In this document: positions 12,686-25,371 of the stretch, piece by piece
How positions within the stretch are numbered: the stretch's first letter is position 1
How the letters are laid out: every line of letters starts with the position of its first letter
NCBI GenBank assembly: GCA_964106915.2
Contig: OZ066917.1
Origin: Podarcis gaigeae
Lineage: Eukaryota
Direction: 5' to 3' (one strand)
Length of the DNA stretch: 64,000 nt
Notes under the pieces: generated by a model
Seen by the model: the letters and a program-made list of their open reading frames with translations, nothing else
Told to the model about the DNA's origin: nothing
The model's database searches: none
Translations under genes and position numbers: made by a program

Positions 12686-13084
12686 ATAATCATTAGGTAG
12701 AAGGGATTCCTGTTGAAATCAGTATGATTTCTAAGCAATGAGTTTATCATGCCAGGAACATGCCGGGCAGTGTTGCACAGCATGGCAAATGTTCAATAAT
12801 AGCATCCATAACTTCTATAATCCATCTACTTTCTATAGTTATAGGTCAACCTAAAAAATGCCCCTACTGTAAAATGGGCTGCACTTGATAGTTCAATAAA
12901 AAGTTAGTCCTGGGAGATCCAGCAGTTTATTGCTCTTTCCCTGGGCTGCTTGACAGAGATGTTGTTTTTGGGAATGGAGTGTAATATCTGCTTCCTTCCG
13001 AGGTAGAAATGGCTGAGCAGAGTGTCCTATTCAAAATCAAGCCAGCCCTTAATCTCTTATGGAGCGCAGGGAGATATATTTTTC

Positions 13085-13187
13085 AGACTAGTGCTAGGAA
13101 TGTCCCCATCTGAAACCCTGGAGAGCTGCTGGCAGTCAGTAGACAATGCTGAACTATGTGGTTTAAAGCTGATTCCTTTGTTCCTAT
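13085..13187 (+). mobile_element. 3' fragment of a tRNA-derived SINE (same family as 44121-44270)
   Basis: CTGAAACCCTGGAGAGCTGCTGGCAGTCAGTAGACAATGCTGA...TTCCTTTGTTCCTA. Confidence 0.6.
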
Positions 13188-13403
13188 ATATAACAGTTTA
13201 GAATTAGCGACAGTGTGAGAATCAGCATTCAGTGCAAGTGAAATTCAAGTTGGGAACCAACTGTGTATTATTTAAGAACTCCAACTGAACAAAGAATTTG
13301 CTCAGATGAGATCCAAATATGTATAAATTGTCCATCATCACATATGAGGTTTAAGGCAGGGGCATATATCTGTTTTCCCCAATATATTCTATAACATCTT
13401 AGT

Positions 13404-13764
13404 ATGGGGATAAAATTGATTCAGTTCATATTTAAAGATGAACCTAACTAATTTGCACTTCCTGTAACAATTCTGCAGCCATGTACTGTGTATAGAAATG
13501 CATAGTGTGCCTAAAAAGTATATATTAGTGAGAATAACATAGAAAATGTATTATATTGGGGAAATTTATTTTAAAAATGTGTACAACAGGCAGAACTACA
13601 TATAAATATGTGTATATTAGGAGAAATTTGTGCTAAAATGCTGAACTCCCATGAGGACTTTTTTTTAAAAAAGTAATATAATGTGGGAATGTGGAGAACT
13701 GAAATTGAGATTGAAAAAACGAGAAACTGAGAGAACCCAAAATTTACAGATTCACTCTTCCCTA
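13404..13764. mobile_element. AT-rich non-autonomous DNA element
   Basis: Ends GGGGATAAAATT...CTCTTCCCTA; a related fragment (CAGTT.ACATTT.AAG..GAA.CTA.CTAATT) recurs at ~51670-51910. Confidence 0.5.
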
Positions 13765-14641
13765 GGCTTTAATAATTTAATAATGCACTGTGGACAATTA
13801 AACATGCCAAATTGGGTATCAAAGAGGGCATTGAAGCCTAAATCAAATCTTTGGAATCAAATGTAGTATTTTCATGGTTGCTTCTTAGGAATGTGAATGC
13901 CTTAAAAAAAAAAAGTCTTTTGCTCCTTTTAATGTCATAAATATATACACAGCATCAGATCATGAATATAATTACATCATATACAGTATTGTTTGACAGA
14001 ATCAGAGTTATTGCCTGCGTCTGAACTCAGTGTTGTCTCTATGTCTGATTTCCATAGTAAGTTCAAAATGTGTATCATGACCTTCTGAGATATATGCTAA
14101 ATATATATACGATGCAGTTTATTTTTACATTCTGTACACAAAGACATACTGTTTTAATAGTCATTCAAAGCCGTCATTTGAAAGATCCATTATGTCTACG
14201 CTGTGAATAAGAATTAAGATTAATAATACAGAGAACGGAGTTAGACCTCAATGGGCTCTTTGACAAGACAGACTAAAGGCACTTTGACATTACAGTGTTT
14301 ATTTCTCTTAGATGGTTAGTTATCACTAGATAGCGTGAATGATTATGGGGGCAATCCTATGGCAAGATTTGCCTGGGTGAGCACTTTAGGATACAGCAGA
14401 TCTCTGAATGAATGAACGAGCTTGGTTCAGCTGGGCTCAGCCTGTGTTAAGACCCCAACCTTGGCTTGGTCAGTCAGGGCTCAGTCAGGTGAGCTGCAGC
14501 TGGCTAAGCTGAAGTCAGTATAAGTTCACCAAAAGAGGTATTCTGCGGGCGTGGTTCGGAAGGACTGGGCAGAGGGGACAATCCTAACTCTGTTCAGCTC
14601 ATTCACATAGCCTGGGAAAAAGAGCAGTGTAAGTTTTAAAG

Positions 14642-14931
14642 CAGGCACCCTCAAACTCGGCCCGCCATATGTTTTGGGACTACAATTCCCATAATCTCTG
14701 ACCCCTGGTCCTGTTAACTAGGGATGACGGGAGCCAGTGGCGTAGCGTGGGTTGTCAGCACCTGGGGCAAGGCAAGTAATTTGCGCCCCCTAACCCGTGG
14801 ATTTTTGTCCCCTAACCCTAACGCCTAGATGTTGCGCCCGGTGCGGCCGGCCCCCCTGCACCCCCCATGCTACGCCACTGACGGGAGCTGTAGTCCCAAA
14901 ACATCTGGAGTCCAGAGTTTGGGGATGCCTG
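14642..14931. mobile_element. hAT (URR1/MER3-like) MITE hosting a nested insertion
   Basis: TIRs CAGGCACCCTCAAACTC / GAGTTTGGGGATGCCTG; inner GGGACTACA / TGTAGTCCC; 8-bp TSD TTTTAAAG at 14634-14641 and 14932-14939. Confidence 0.9.
14735..14880 (+). mobile_element. hAT MITE with CCCTAA repeats, copy 1 (nested)
   Basis: 17-bp TIR CAGTGGCGTAGC(G/A)TGGG; 8-bp TSD ACGGGAGC at 14727-14734 and 14881-14888. Confidence 0.92.
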
Positions 14932-16632
14932 TTTTAAAGCCTTGTTTCCCTCCGATTGGTTTGGTCCTTGGTCCTGAATGGGGCTTGGATCTGGTACAAG
15001 TTTATGCTGGCTTGTTTTATGCTAGCTTCTTGTGTATAGGATTGTTCTCTAAATGTATACTTGATAGGAGCCGTACTTGGCAACATATGCTCCTTTGAGC
15101 TATACTGCAGCCCAATACTTTAAAGCACATGATAGCTGTTCAAAGGCAGCTCTTCAGACATGTTGCTGTTAGGATTATAAGTCAGAAGTGAACCACAGAC
15201 ATTGTGGGAGCCACTCCAGCTCTTTAGAAAACCGTGGACCTTGAATGGCCCCAATTATCTTTATGGATTGTCTTCTTATCTCTACACTCTCCTGTTGCTA
15301 TATCACTTTCGTTTCCCACCTGCACACCAGTTTATAGAAATTCGTACAAGAGATCAGCCACATCTACAGTTCACAGACTATATTCCTTAGTCTGCCCCTG
15401 CCTGTTCCCAGTATACTACCATGACCTTGCCCTTACTTGCTTATGCCACTGTGCCTGTATCTCTTCCTGTTTCCTCCTGTACACCTAACTAACCTGTCTG
15501 AAATTTGTTGCTGGCTGCATTGATGCCACGGTTTGGGAGAAGGCGGGATATACATTTTAAAAATAAAAGCTGTATTCATATTCCAAGGTCACACTTAGAA
15601 GAACAGTTTAACTGGTTCCCTCTTCAGATGGATAGTGAACTGTCGACCAAAGGTGAAAAATGTAAAACAAAAGCAACGCCCCGCCCTGCAGAATAACCCC
15701 ACATTCCATCAGTGATCTTTTTCACCAGTTCCCTTTTTATATCTACCGTACTTTTGTTATTGGAGTAAACTGATATTCTGCAAGTGTAATGCAATTTATT
15801 CCTTTACACCTTGAGATCCCTTATCATTATTCAGCATTGTTTAGAAGGTGATTATTTTTGAACACTCCTCATCTGTTCTGGTCCAAAGATAACATAAAAA
15901 TCAACCATTTTATTATTTAAGGGGGTAGCTGACATCAGGATCAATAAATCCTGACAGAAGCTATTTGCATTTTAATGAGTTACTCTCTATAACACTGTAA
16001 AGAAAATTTGACAAGTCATGGTCTCTGTGATTGCAGACATACTTTGCAACTACTGTAGACAAATATTTTAACCTGGGAAGCTGTCAGTCACCCATCTCAA
16101 AAAAGGCTATGAAGCTCAGAAATTCATTGTCCTCCCAGCTATATGTTATTTGAGTATGTAAAAACATATAAAGATTTCATTCATTGGAACAGAACCAGAT
16201 GCAAAGATAGACATTAGTTATAGATTTCATGCGTATTTTTCATTATGCTCAACTTAGTAGGTTGAGTAATATGGCAAGGAGGTTTGTGATGGAAGGTCCT
16301 GTTTTATTGTATTGTCAGTTACATATGAATAAGAGGGACATCCCAAGATTTTTCCATTATCCTGGGATAGCACCCCCACCCCCTAAATTCAACCAATTTG
16401 CTTATATTCTCTAGGGCTGAAACAAAGACTGAAATATCCTGAAAGGAGTGAAAAGCTCCGGTAAAAAAACAGTTCTTTCCATCTGAGAAAGATAAATTCT
16501 AAGCATGTTTACTGGGAAGCAGGATTGGCGGTGCAGTGGGGTGATGCTGCAGTTACATTCTTGACAGTGCTATCACTGGCACTTAGCAGGGATGGAAAGT
16601 AATCATGGCAAATGCTCCTGCAGCCCATTTAG

Positions 16633-16822
16633 TAGAGCTAGTATGGTGTAGTGATATACAATGTTGGACTAGGACTGTGGAAAGATGGGTTCAACCCAGC
16701 CATGAAACTCATTTGATGATTTGGGGGCTAGTCACAGGGTTACCTTACAGGGTTGTTTTGAAGATAAAATACATAGGGGGAGGCCACATATACAGGGAGA
16801 CTAAAAAGGTAATTAATAAATG
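16633..16822 (+). mobile_element. Old tRNA/CORE-type SINE (MIR/Squam3-like)
   Basis: A-box-like TGGTGTAGTG, B-box-like GGGTTCAA, TTACCTTACAGGGTTGTT...AAGATAAAA and an A-rich end. Confidence 0.6.
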
Positions 16823-17476
16823 CAGAAGTAAAAAATTAGAAGCATTTCAAGTATGGAAATGTTGTTGTTTTTACAATGAAAACCCTTGTATACCAATAGG
16901 CTGTCTTTGCATGTGGATTTCAGAACCATGAGAATGGTACCACTGGTTTTTAAATCAGGGCCGTAAGATTGAAATAGGCCACACAGTGTTTTGCTTTGTA
17001 ATTGTACTGTGATATTCATGACCAAACATGTAGCATTATTTAGCTGACGCCTCTTATTGCAATTTTGGGCTGTTGGAAATAGTTAGGGATCTAGATGTTT
17101 ACCTGAATAGAATCTGGATCTTGCTCAGAAGCTTTACAGCTTGGTGTCCTAATCTTAAACATCTGTCTGCAATCTCTCTCTAAAGCATAAAGTTACATTT
17201 CATGCTATAGAGCTTGCTCAACAGCTTGTATGATGACCCCAAATTAATTAATTTAATTTCCTGAAAGTCATAAGGCAAGATCAAATTGAAATTCTCACCT
17301 AGGAAAAAATATGAAACTAATGTGTTGATTGCTATGCACAATGAGTACACATGTGTATATTCTGTTGCATGTACAGGTGGTGATTTAAGTAAGGGTTTTG
17401 TGCTTTTCAGTAAATAGAAGTGCTTTAGAGGAAAATCACATTTTCTGTGTAGGAAAAGAGTAAATTGCAGTCCTTA

Positions 17477-17718
17477 CAGTGGTACCTTGGGTTAAGTACT
17501 TAATTCGTTCCGGAGGTCCCTTCTTAACCTGAAACTGTTCTTAACCTGAAGCACCACTTTAGCTAATGGGGCCTCCTGCTGCCGCCGCACCACCGCCGCA
17601 CTATTTCTGTTCTCATCCTGAAGCAAAGTTCTTAACCCGAGGTACTATTTCTGGGTTAGTGGAGTCTGTAATCTGAAGCATATGTAACCTGAAGCATATG
17701 TAACCCGGGGTACCACTG
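17477..17718 (-). mobile_element. Tc1/mariner MITE family A, copy 2
   Basis: CAGTGGTACC...GGTACCACTG TIRs, TA TSD, extra 16-bp subterminal unit. Confidence 0.92.
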
Positions 17719-18053
17719 TATTTATAATTTTTGGATATAGGGTTTATATACCATTCTTAGTACTAGCCTTCTGCATGCTAGTACTGAATAACTATTAAGT
17801 TTCTACCCACCCTGCTAAACTGTTACAGTAATTTTAAAATTACGTGGAGTGAGCAAACAGAAAGCATTTGATAAGGTAGAGTTGCTGTAGCTGCTAGACA
17901 GCTGCTGTAACTAATTTGAACTGCCTAGATTCTCTATCACTCAATTTGATTGTTATCTAAGCAATAATAAGTACGATTGGAAAGCCGAAAGATAAGCTGA
18001 GAGAACAACAACACAAGTGTCTTAGCTTTCTTCTGCTAGAACACAAAATTGTT

Positions 18054-19899
18054 GGTTTTTTTTAAAATCATATTTTATTAGATTTTACAGAAATTAACAA
18101 CAATAAAAATTAACTAAAATCACAAAACCAACAAACACACACATCAAAAATACAAACAAAAAAGGAAAAGAAAATAAAAACATAAAAAAGAAAATTTAGC
18201 ATAAAAAAACCTCTCTTTCAAGTTAATACCCTTCCAAATCTTATTTTCCTTACTTCCACCCGCCTTCCTTTCTTGTATTCCACTTTAAAAATTAATTCAG
18301 CAATATCATATTATTCAAATTCATCCTTTATCCTTCCCTTTGTACTCTTATTTATCTTAATCACCAGAACCCCTTCATTAAATTTACAATGCCCTTAGCA
18401 TTCATAAATTTTACAATGTTTTTGTAAATAAACTTTTAACTTCTTCCAGTCTTCTTCCACCTGCTCTTCTCCTTGATCTCAGATTCTGCCGGTCATTTCT
18501 GCCAGTTCCATATAGTCTATTACTTGCATCTGCCATTCTTCCAGAGTGGGTAAATCTTGTGTCTTCCAGTGCTTTGCGATGAGTATTCTTGCTGCTGCTG
18601 TGGCATACATAAAAAAGGTTCTATCCTTCTTTGGCACCAATTGGCTGACCATGCCCAGGAGAAAGGCCTCTGGTTTCTTTAAGAAAGTATACTTAAATAC
18701 TTTTTTCAGTTCATTATAGATCATTTCCCAGAAAGCCTTAATCCTTGGGCAGGCCCACCAAAGGTGAAAGAATGTTCCTTCTGTTTCTTTACATTTCCAA
18801 CATTTATTATCGGGCAAATTATAGATTTTTGCTAGCTTGACTGGGGTCATGTACCACCTATAAATCATTTTCATAATATTTTCTCTTAAGGCATTACATG
18901 CCGTAAATTTCATACCGGTGGTCCACAACCGTTCCCAGTCAGAAAACATAATGTTATGACCAATATCTTGTGCCCATTTTATCATAGCAGATTTAACCGT
19001 TTCGTCCTCAGTATTCCATTTCAACAGCAGATTATACATTCTCGACAATACCTTAGCACTGGGTTCTAGCAATTCTGTTTCCAACTTCGATTTTTCCACC
19101 TGGAAACCATTTTTCCTGTCCAAGTTATAGGCCTCTCTTACTTGGAAATAATGTAACCAATCCTGCACCTTATCTTTAAGTTTCTCATAGCTCTGCAATT
19201 TCAGTTTGTCCCCCTCCTGTTCCAAAATTTCCCAATATTTTGGCCAATTCGATCTCATATTAGATTTTTTCAAGGCCTTAGCCTCCATAGGTGAGAGCCA
19301 CCTTGGGGTTTTATTCTCCAAAAAATCTTTATATCTGACCCAGACATTGAACAATGCTTTCCTGACAATATGGTTTTTAAACGCCTTATGTGCTTTGTCC
19401 TTACCGTACCACAAGTATGCATGCCATCCAAAAACATTATCATGTCCTTCCAAATCAAGAGTGTCTGTATTCTCAAGAAGTAGCCATTCCTTCAGCCAGC
19501 AAAAAGCTGCTGCCTCATAATATAGTTTAAAGTCCGGCAGGGCAAACCCCCCTCTATCCTTTGCATCAGTAAGAATTTTAAATTTTATTCTGGGCTTTTT
19601 GCCCTGCCAGACAAATCTAGAAATTTCTTTTTGCCACTTCTTGAAACAGTCCATCTTGTCAATTATCTGTAACGTTTGAAACAGAAACAACAATCTTGGC
19701 AATACATTCATTTTGATAACTGCTATTCTACCCAGTAAGGAAAGCTTTAAGTTTGTCCACGTTTCAAGATCTTTTTTCACTTCAGACCAGCACTTTTCAT
19801 AGTTATCTTTGAATAAATTAACATTCTTCGAAGTCATATTCACCCCTAGGTATTTTACTTTTTTCACCACTGTTAAGCCTGTTTCTCCCTGAAACAGGG
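18054..19899 (-). mobile_element. Young 5'-truncated L1 retrotransposon (ORF2 from the RT thumb to the C-terminus, 3' UTR)
   Basis: About 470 uninterrupted codons with KYLGV, LSLLGRIAVIKMNVLPRLLFLFQ, GGFALPDFKLYY and CWKCKETEGTFFHLWWAC. The only stop is a CGA>TGA-type codon at 18479-18481; the frame continues to TAA at 18395. 16-bp TSD AGA(A/G)CACAAAATTGTT at 18038-18053 and 19900-19915. Confidence 0.95.
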
Positions 19900-20085
19900 A
19901 GAGCACAAAATTGTTAAAGGTCACCCCAATCTCTGTTGAGTGGTGCATGAGATTTCAGGGGTCTTGGCACTTAACCAGGGTTTGTGTTTCCTTTGGGAAT
20001 GAGAAACAATTGACACTATAGTGTCTTTATGATATATGGCTTATTTACACATATATACATCCTGAGCCTACTTGTGGAGGGGCTC

Positions 20086-20114
20086 GCAGCAGCAGCAGCA
20101 GCAGCAGCCGCAGC
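20086..20114. repeat. (CAG)n microsatellite
   Basis: Run of GCA/CAG units with one CCG interruption. Confidence 0.9.
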
Positions 20115-21158
20115 CTAAAACATACCAGCTTATTCCACAGTAGAAGTATCAGCATCCATTCTCTGCAGCCTCTCTTGTTCTGCAAGGCAACATCCCAGTT
20201 TATCTGTCACAACACTCCACACCCCTTTCCTAAACCAAGCCCTCTTTATCTACAGAGGTAGGGAGGGCTCCATTCATTTGTATTCTGACACCTATATGCT
20301 TTGATGTTTTGAACTCGTAGTGGTTAATACTCCGAGGCGGTCACCTCACAAGGAAGTTTGCCTGACTTCATTAACACTTGTTGAAGTGGTTAGGATTACA
20401 GTGTTTAATACACATCACAAGAAGTGTGCCTACTTAACTAGCTTTCTTAGATTTCAACTCTTAGATAGTCTGACACATAGATTTAAAAACAAGCTTAATT
20501 AAACACTTCAAACTTTAATTAGATTCTGGCACTAGTCTGATCTGGAATTTAGGCTGTCTTGCATCTGCAGATTCATAACAATATCTTTGGAAGAGCAGGC
20601 AAGTGCTGGCTGAAAACAAAGCAATGGAGAGAATTCAGTCTGTGGTCTACTTAACAAATCCACATGAAAGCATGAACATAGTCTAGAAAATACTCCATGT
20701 GTTTGTGTGTGTGTGGGGGGGGAACGGTTCAGTGGCTTCACTCCTCAAATTTCCACTTGGATATCAGTTTCCAGTTGGATATCTGAACCTTCAATTTCCT
20801 GTTAGACTTATCTTAGAATTGGTTAAAAAAATAAATATATATTTGCCCAGCCCATATGGCATCAGCTTTGTGCAGATTAGATAAGAGATAGGTATATGAT
20901 ATATTAAATGTCATGATGTTTATTTTGTGATTATTTTAAGAAAGCAATGAGTGTTGGTGTAGCTGAGACCGGATAGATGTGCCAGGCTTATTCGCATATA
21001 CATGATACTACTGGAAAACAAAATTTATTTAGGAATGGATGAAAATTGTGCTACTTTACATTTCACGATGTAAATGTGCTGTTGCTGTGTATTAAACCCC
21101 AGGACACTGACAGTGTATTAACACCCTTACATATAAACTGTTCCAAAATCCCCATATA

Positions 21159-21389
21159 CAGTGGTACCTTGGATAACGAACTTAATTCGTTCCGGAGGTC
21201 CGTTCTTAACCTGAAACTGTTCTTAACCTGAGGTACCACTTTAGCTAATGGGGCCTCCCGTTGCCACCGCGCAATTTCTGTTCTCATCCTGAGGTAAAGT
21301 TCTTAACCCGAGGTACTACTTTTGGGTTAGCAGAGCCTGTAACCTGAAGCGTCTGTAACCTGAAGTGTCTGTAACCCGAGGTACCACTG
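21159..21389 (-). mobile_element. Tc1/mariner MITE family A, copy 3
   Basis: Same TIRs and TA TSD as the other copies. Confidence 0.92.
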
Positions 21390-22224
21390 TATCTGTAAAT
21401 AGCAGACCACTGTCATTGTAAGTCCTCTTCTCTGTAATTAGATCTCTGTATATTAACCTTAAGGTATAGACGGTCTCTGGCCCGTTTTCACAAAAAATAT
21501 CCCCATGCTGCCCAGGCCACTTCCTTACTGCTGGCCATCTTAACTGCATATCCCAGTTTTTATAAATATACATTTTCTTGATCATTTCAAACCATCCAGA
21601 AACCACCACATCCTGTTTGTTTAAACCCAGATTGATATACCTGTAGCTTTCCAAGTTGGAAGGCAACACATGTTGGCTCAGCTTCAGGCAGGAATAACCC
21701 AGAGAAAGGTCAGCTTGCCATAGAAAGGCCTTTTATTCTGCTGGGCAGTTTAAAAATACAGCTTTTAGGGAAAGAGAGACTACAAAACATGCAAATCAGA
21801 ATCCACACTAATTCTGAATTTCTCCACTTGCAGCAGGCGCCTGACATGACAGGAGTGTTAATCTGTCTTTCATTCACCAAAGTGCAACAAATACTAATAA
21901 TAATGTGAATGCTTCTTTTCTGATAATATAAAGTGTCTCTTCTCCATCTATAGAAGGGATGAGGAACTGGATATAGCCAGTGGGCTAGAGCCTCATATCC
22001 CCCACCCCACATGAACCAAGCTGCCCACCTGTCAATCAGCTGGCATTACAGTGATCTCAAGTGGCCCTGTTTTTTACCTACGTAAAACCAGCTGATTGTT
22101 GGGTTTAAACTCTGAAATTGTTGGTCTTAAACATCTTTTACACTGGTTCCTGACTACATGATTGCTACTGTCTTTCCAGATACTTAGGCTCAGGTACGCA
22201 AAAGAAGCAGGAGTATTTTAAATA

Positions 22225-22450
22225 CAGTAGTACCTCAGGTTACATACGCTTCAGGTTACAGACTCCGCTAACCCAGAAATCGTGCTTCAGGTTAAGAACT
22301 TTGCTTCAGTATGAGAACAGAAATCATGCTCCGGCGACACGGCAGCAGCAGGAGGTCCCATTAGCTAAAGTGGTGCTTCAGATTAAGAACAGTTTCAGGT
22401 TAAGTACGGACCTCCGGAATAAATTAAATACTTAACCCGAGGTACCACTG
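22225..22450 (+). mobile_element. Tc1/mariner MITE family A, copy 4
   Basis: Same TIRs and TA TSD as the other copies. Confidence 0.92.
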
Positions 22451-22532
22451 TACTCCTTTGTGTTTTAACACATGGACTGTCTGAAACTACTCCCTACCTT
22501 TCTAATGACACTTGGAAAATTTGGAAGGGCAG

Positions 22533-23066
22533 TGTAAATCCATTCAATGGATAGGATCCTAACGACATGTCTGTAAACAGAAGGGCTCCTGCTATTCACA
22601 GATGGGATTGAGATCCAGTGTAGGACCTCTCTGGTGGATTGGGGATAGGCAATTTTCCCCCATTGCAGTTCCTTGTACTGCCTTTCATGTTGCTCCAGAT
22701 GGTCCCCCAGCCCATCAGAACAGATTTGGGTGGGAGGGATGTGTTGCAAAGGAAATGGAAGGTCATTAGTTCCCTTCTGCTGGCGGGAGCATCCAGTAAG
22801 TAGAACTCAGGCTCTAGGTAAGCTTTTACTAGCAGAAACCTAGTTAGCATTCAAGCTAATACACCGTACCTAGTTGGCAGAGGGTCCAAGGGGACAGAGT
22901 TAACTGGGTGTAGGCGATAGCATCTGAATCTCTCAAACTAAATTCCAGAACATACTTAAGGAAGGCGAGGAGCAGGAGCAGGCCAGACCAAAACATCAGA
23001 TCAGACATAAAAAGGAAATAAGGGGTGGGTATTTAGGTATTTACAAATGTGGGAGTGCCCTGTTAC
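22533..23066 (-). mobile_element. Possible degraded solo LTR
   Basis: TGTAA...TTACA ends; TATA-like and AGTAAA poly-A-like signals on the minus strand; no matching TSD found. Confidence 0.3.
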
Positions 23067-23069
23067 ACA

Positions 23070-23667
23070 ATCGTTTTGACAGAGTTTTTCAAGAAATATC
23101 TGCTATAGTACTGCAAATATAACCTACAGTCCTTAATTTTATTTTTTTAATTAGGGGAAGCCCAATTCGAAATTGCGCATCATTGGAGATACATCACACA
23201 ATATTTTTTTAAAGCTGGGTGGGTCAAAGTTTGCGTGTTGGGTGGAGTGGAAAAGTTCATAAGCAACAACAGCAACAGATGTTTGAGGGGAGTCAAACTG
23301 AAAAGTGTGTTTGATGGGACATGGAACCCTCTCAGAACTTATGTGAGCCAGCAACAGAGTCTGATTCTTCCATCTGCCTCTCAAAAATCTATGTGGCTGG
23401 ATGCTATTCCCATGCATTATTGCGTACTTCAAACCATAGATGCTGAGACAAACATAAGAGGCTTATAAATTGCTATTAATTTTCACTATGAATATGCAAA
23501 ATTATTTCAGACTCTTGCTTTTGTTGTAATGCCAGGGTTTGTGGGTAGACACTCAGTCTGTGTTTTGATTTGGTGAGTGTACTATGTTTGTTTTAATATT
23601 TTGTTTGTGTCATTTCCTCTCCCAAAATAAAAATCAATAAATACAGTCTTGCAAAATGAAAAAAAAG
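23070..23667 (+). mobile_element. Old L1/Tx1-type 3' end
   Basis: Degenerate EAQFEIAHHWR (~AAR..IA..WK) and FDGTWNPLRTY, then a T-rich UTR, AATAAA and an A-rich tail. Confidence 0.6.
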
Positions 23668-25244
23668 GAAATAACACTAGCTAAGTTACTGGGTCCCAGA
23701 TTAGCTGTTAAAAGCTAAGAACAAGACACAATTCTTGTATAATCCATTTTTGGCATGTAGCATGAAATCCATTTTCGGCATGTAGTCTCAGCCTAGACAG
23801 CAAACAAGCCTTCATATGTCTCGCAGATCATCTGAGTTTTCTTTTTCTTTTTTAACTTTTTAAAGAAGCCATGGAACACTTCAATTTTGATTGGAACACT
23901 GGTGCTGGAGGGAGGAGTGTCTGTTAACTTTCTCCTGTCCCATTTCCCCCTTGCACCTGAAGCTAAATCTTAAGTGGATCCCTTAACAGTTGCTCTAATG
24001 ATAAAAGAAAAGAAAAAAAGTTGGGAAGAGCCATCATAAATTGAAACGGGGCGGAAATCTGCAGAGTTCACATATTCATCAGAGGTTAGGAATGGAAATC
24101 ACACAAGCAATTCTGACTGGCATTCACTACAGGTTTTTTAGTCTGCAGAATCTATGTAAACAATCACATTGTTTTTTATCTTTTGATGTAAATTAATTGT
24201 AGAACATCTGACATGGATGATTTCATTGAAATATGGTACCCCTTTATAAAATATTTGAATGCATACTCAGAAGACTGGCACCTACCAGCTACACACACAG
24301 ACTTATGGCAAAACTTGACATACTAATTTTCTGTTCTGTGGGGAGCAGGGTGGAACTGGGGGAAACGTAACGTTCTGTTCATATTTTGTTGAAAAGCAAT
24401 CAATAAAGAAATGAATCACGTAACTAATTACATAAGTTTTGGCCATAGCAGATAGCACGATAAATAGTATAGGTTTTAGCAGAAGCTAAAGTGCAGCAGA
24501 ATGGAAACAGAGCTGATTGTGATGAAAGCAGAACAGGATGGAAACCACGGCCTTCCCTTACAACTCTATTCCTGGGTTGCATGGAGTTTCATGGAGTTTC
24601 TTAGTAGAAGCAAAGGCAGGAATAGGTGGTTCTGAACAAAGCGTTTCAGCTATATATCAAATCAGATGAAGGTCTTAGCACTGAATAATGTGGGAAAAGA
24701 ACATGGAGACTTCTTAGCAGGGACTCCATTGTAGGATGAAATGTGTGAACTCCCAGCAGAAAACAGTGACATGTGGACTCTATGGAAAACAGATGTGAAT
24801 AAGAGCATAGACCAGATTGATGTTGCTTTACTGTTTTTAAGCAGCGTAGCCGGCAATATGGGAACATGACAGCCAAGACAGAGTTTCTGTGTGGCAATGC
24901 AAAATTAAACCCATTTTTATATCTGATACATCATACTTCTGTATTTTACCACAATTGTTATAATTGCAAGCTTTTCTGTGCTTCTGCATAGAATGTAATA
25001 GTGAAGAGTTGAGATTGACTTTATAGAAGAATCTTAAATTAGGTATCTAGCATTTGAGACTAAGGATTTTATTTTTCACATTTTGTGTGTCAGGAGGAAT
25101 TTTTCACTTTCAGCCAGTTTCATTTAATTTTAAAAGACTCTGCAGTGCAAAGTAAAGCTTCTTGACCAGTATTTTATGGCTTCCCCCAGTCCTATCTTTA
25201 TAAGGTGTTTAGTGTACAGAATGCTTAAAAACTCAGTTTCTGAT

Positions 25245-25315
25245 CTCACAATCAGCCCTGTGAGGTAGATTGTTTATTTGCCCATTTCACAGCCAAAGAG
25301 CTAAGGCTGAGAGAG
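25245..25315 (-). mobile_element. MIR/CORE SINE fragment
   Basis: CCCTGTGAGGTAG...CCCATTTCACAG...CTAAGGCTGAGAGAG core. Confidence 0.6.
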
Positions 25316-25371
25316 ACGCAGTAGTATTTTTAATGCAGGCCTCTGCCATTCTAGCCTAATGGTGTAATCTA

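Noticed and set aside
19900-19948. N-terminus MHHSTEIGVTFNNFVL of the 489-aa ORF as a real start
   Set aside because: It lies in the TSD and flanking DNA, so it is a chance in-frame read-in to a truncated L1 ORF2.
20086-20114. CAG repeat as a polyglutamine exon
   Set aside because: No surrounding long ORF or convincing splice sites.
23741-23785. 25-bp-period duplication AATCCATTTT(T/C)GGCATGTAG
   Set aside because: An ordinary local slippage duplication with no further structure.
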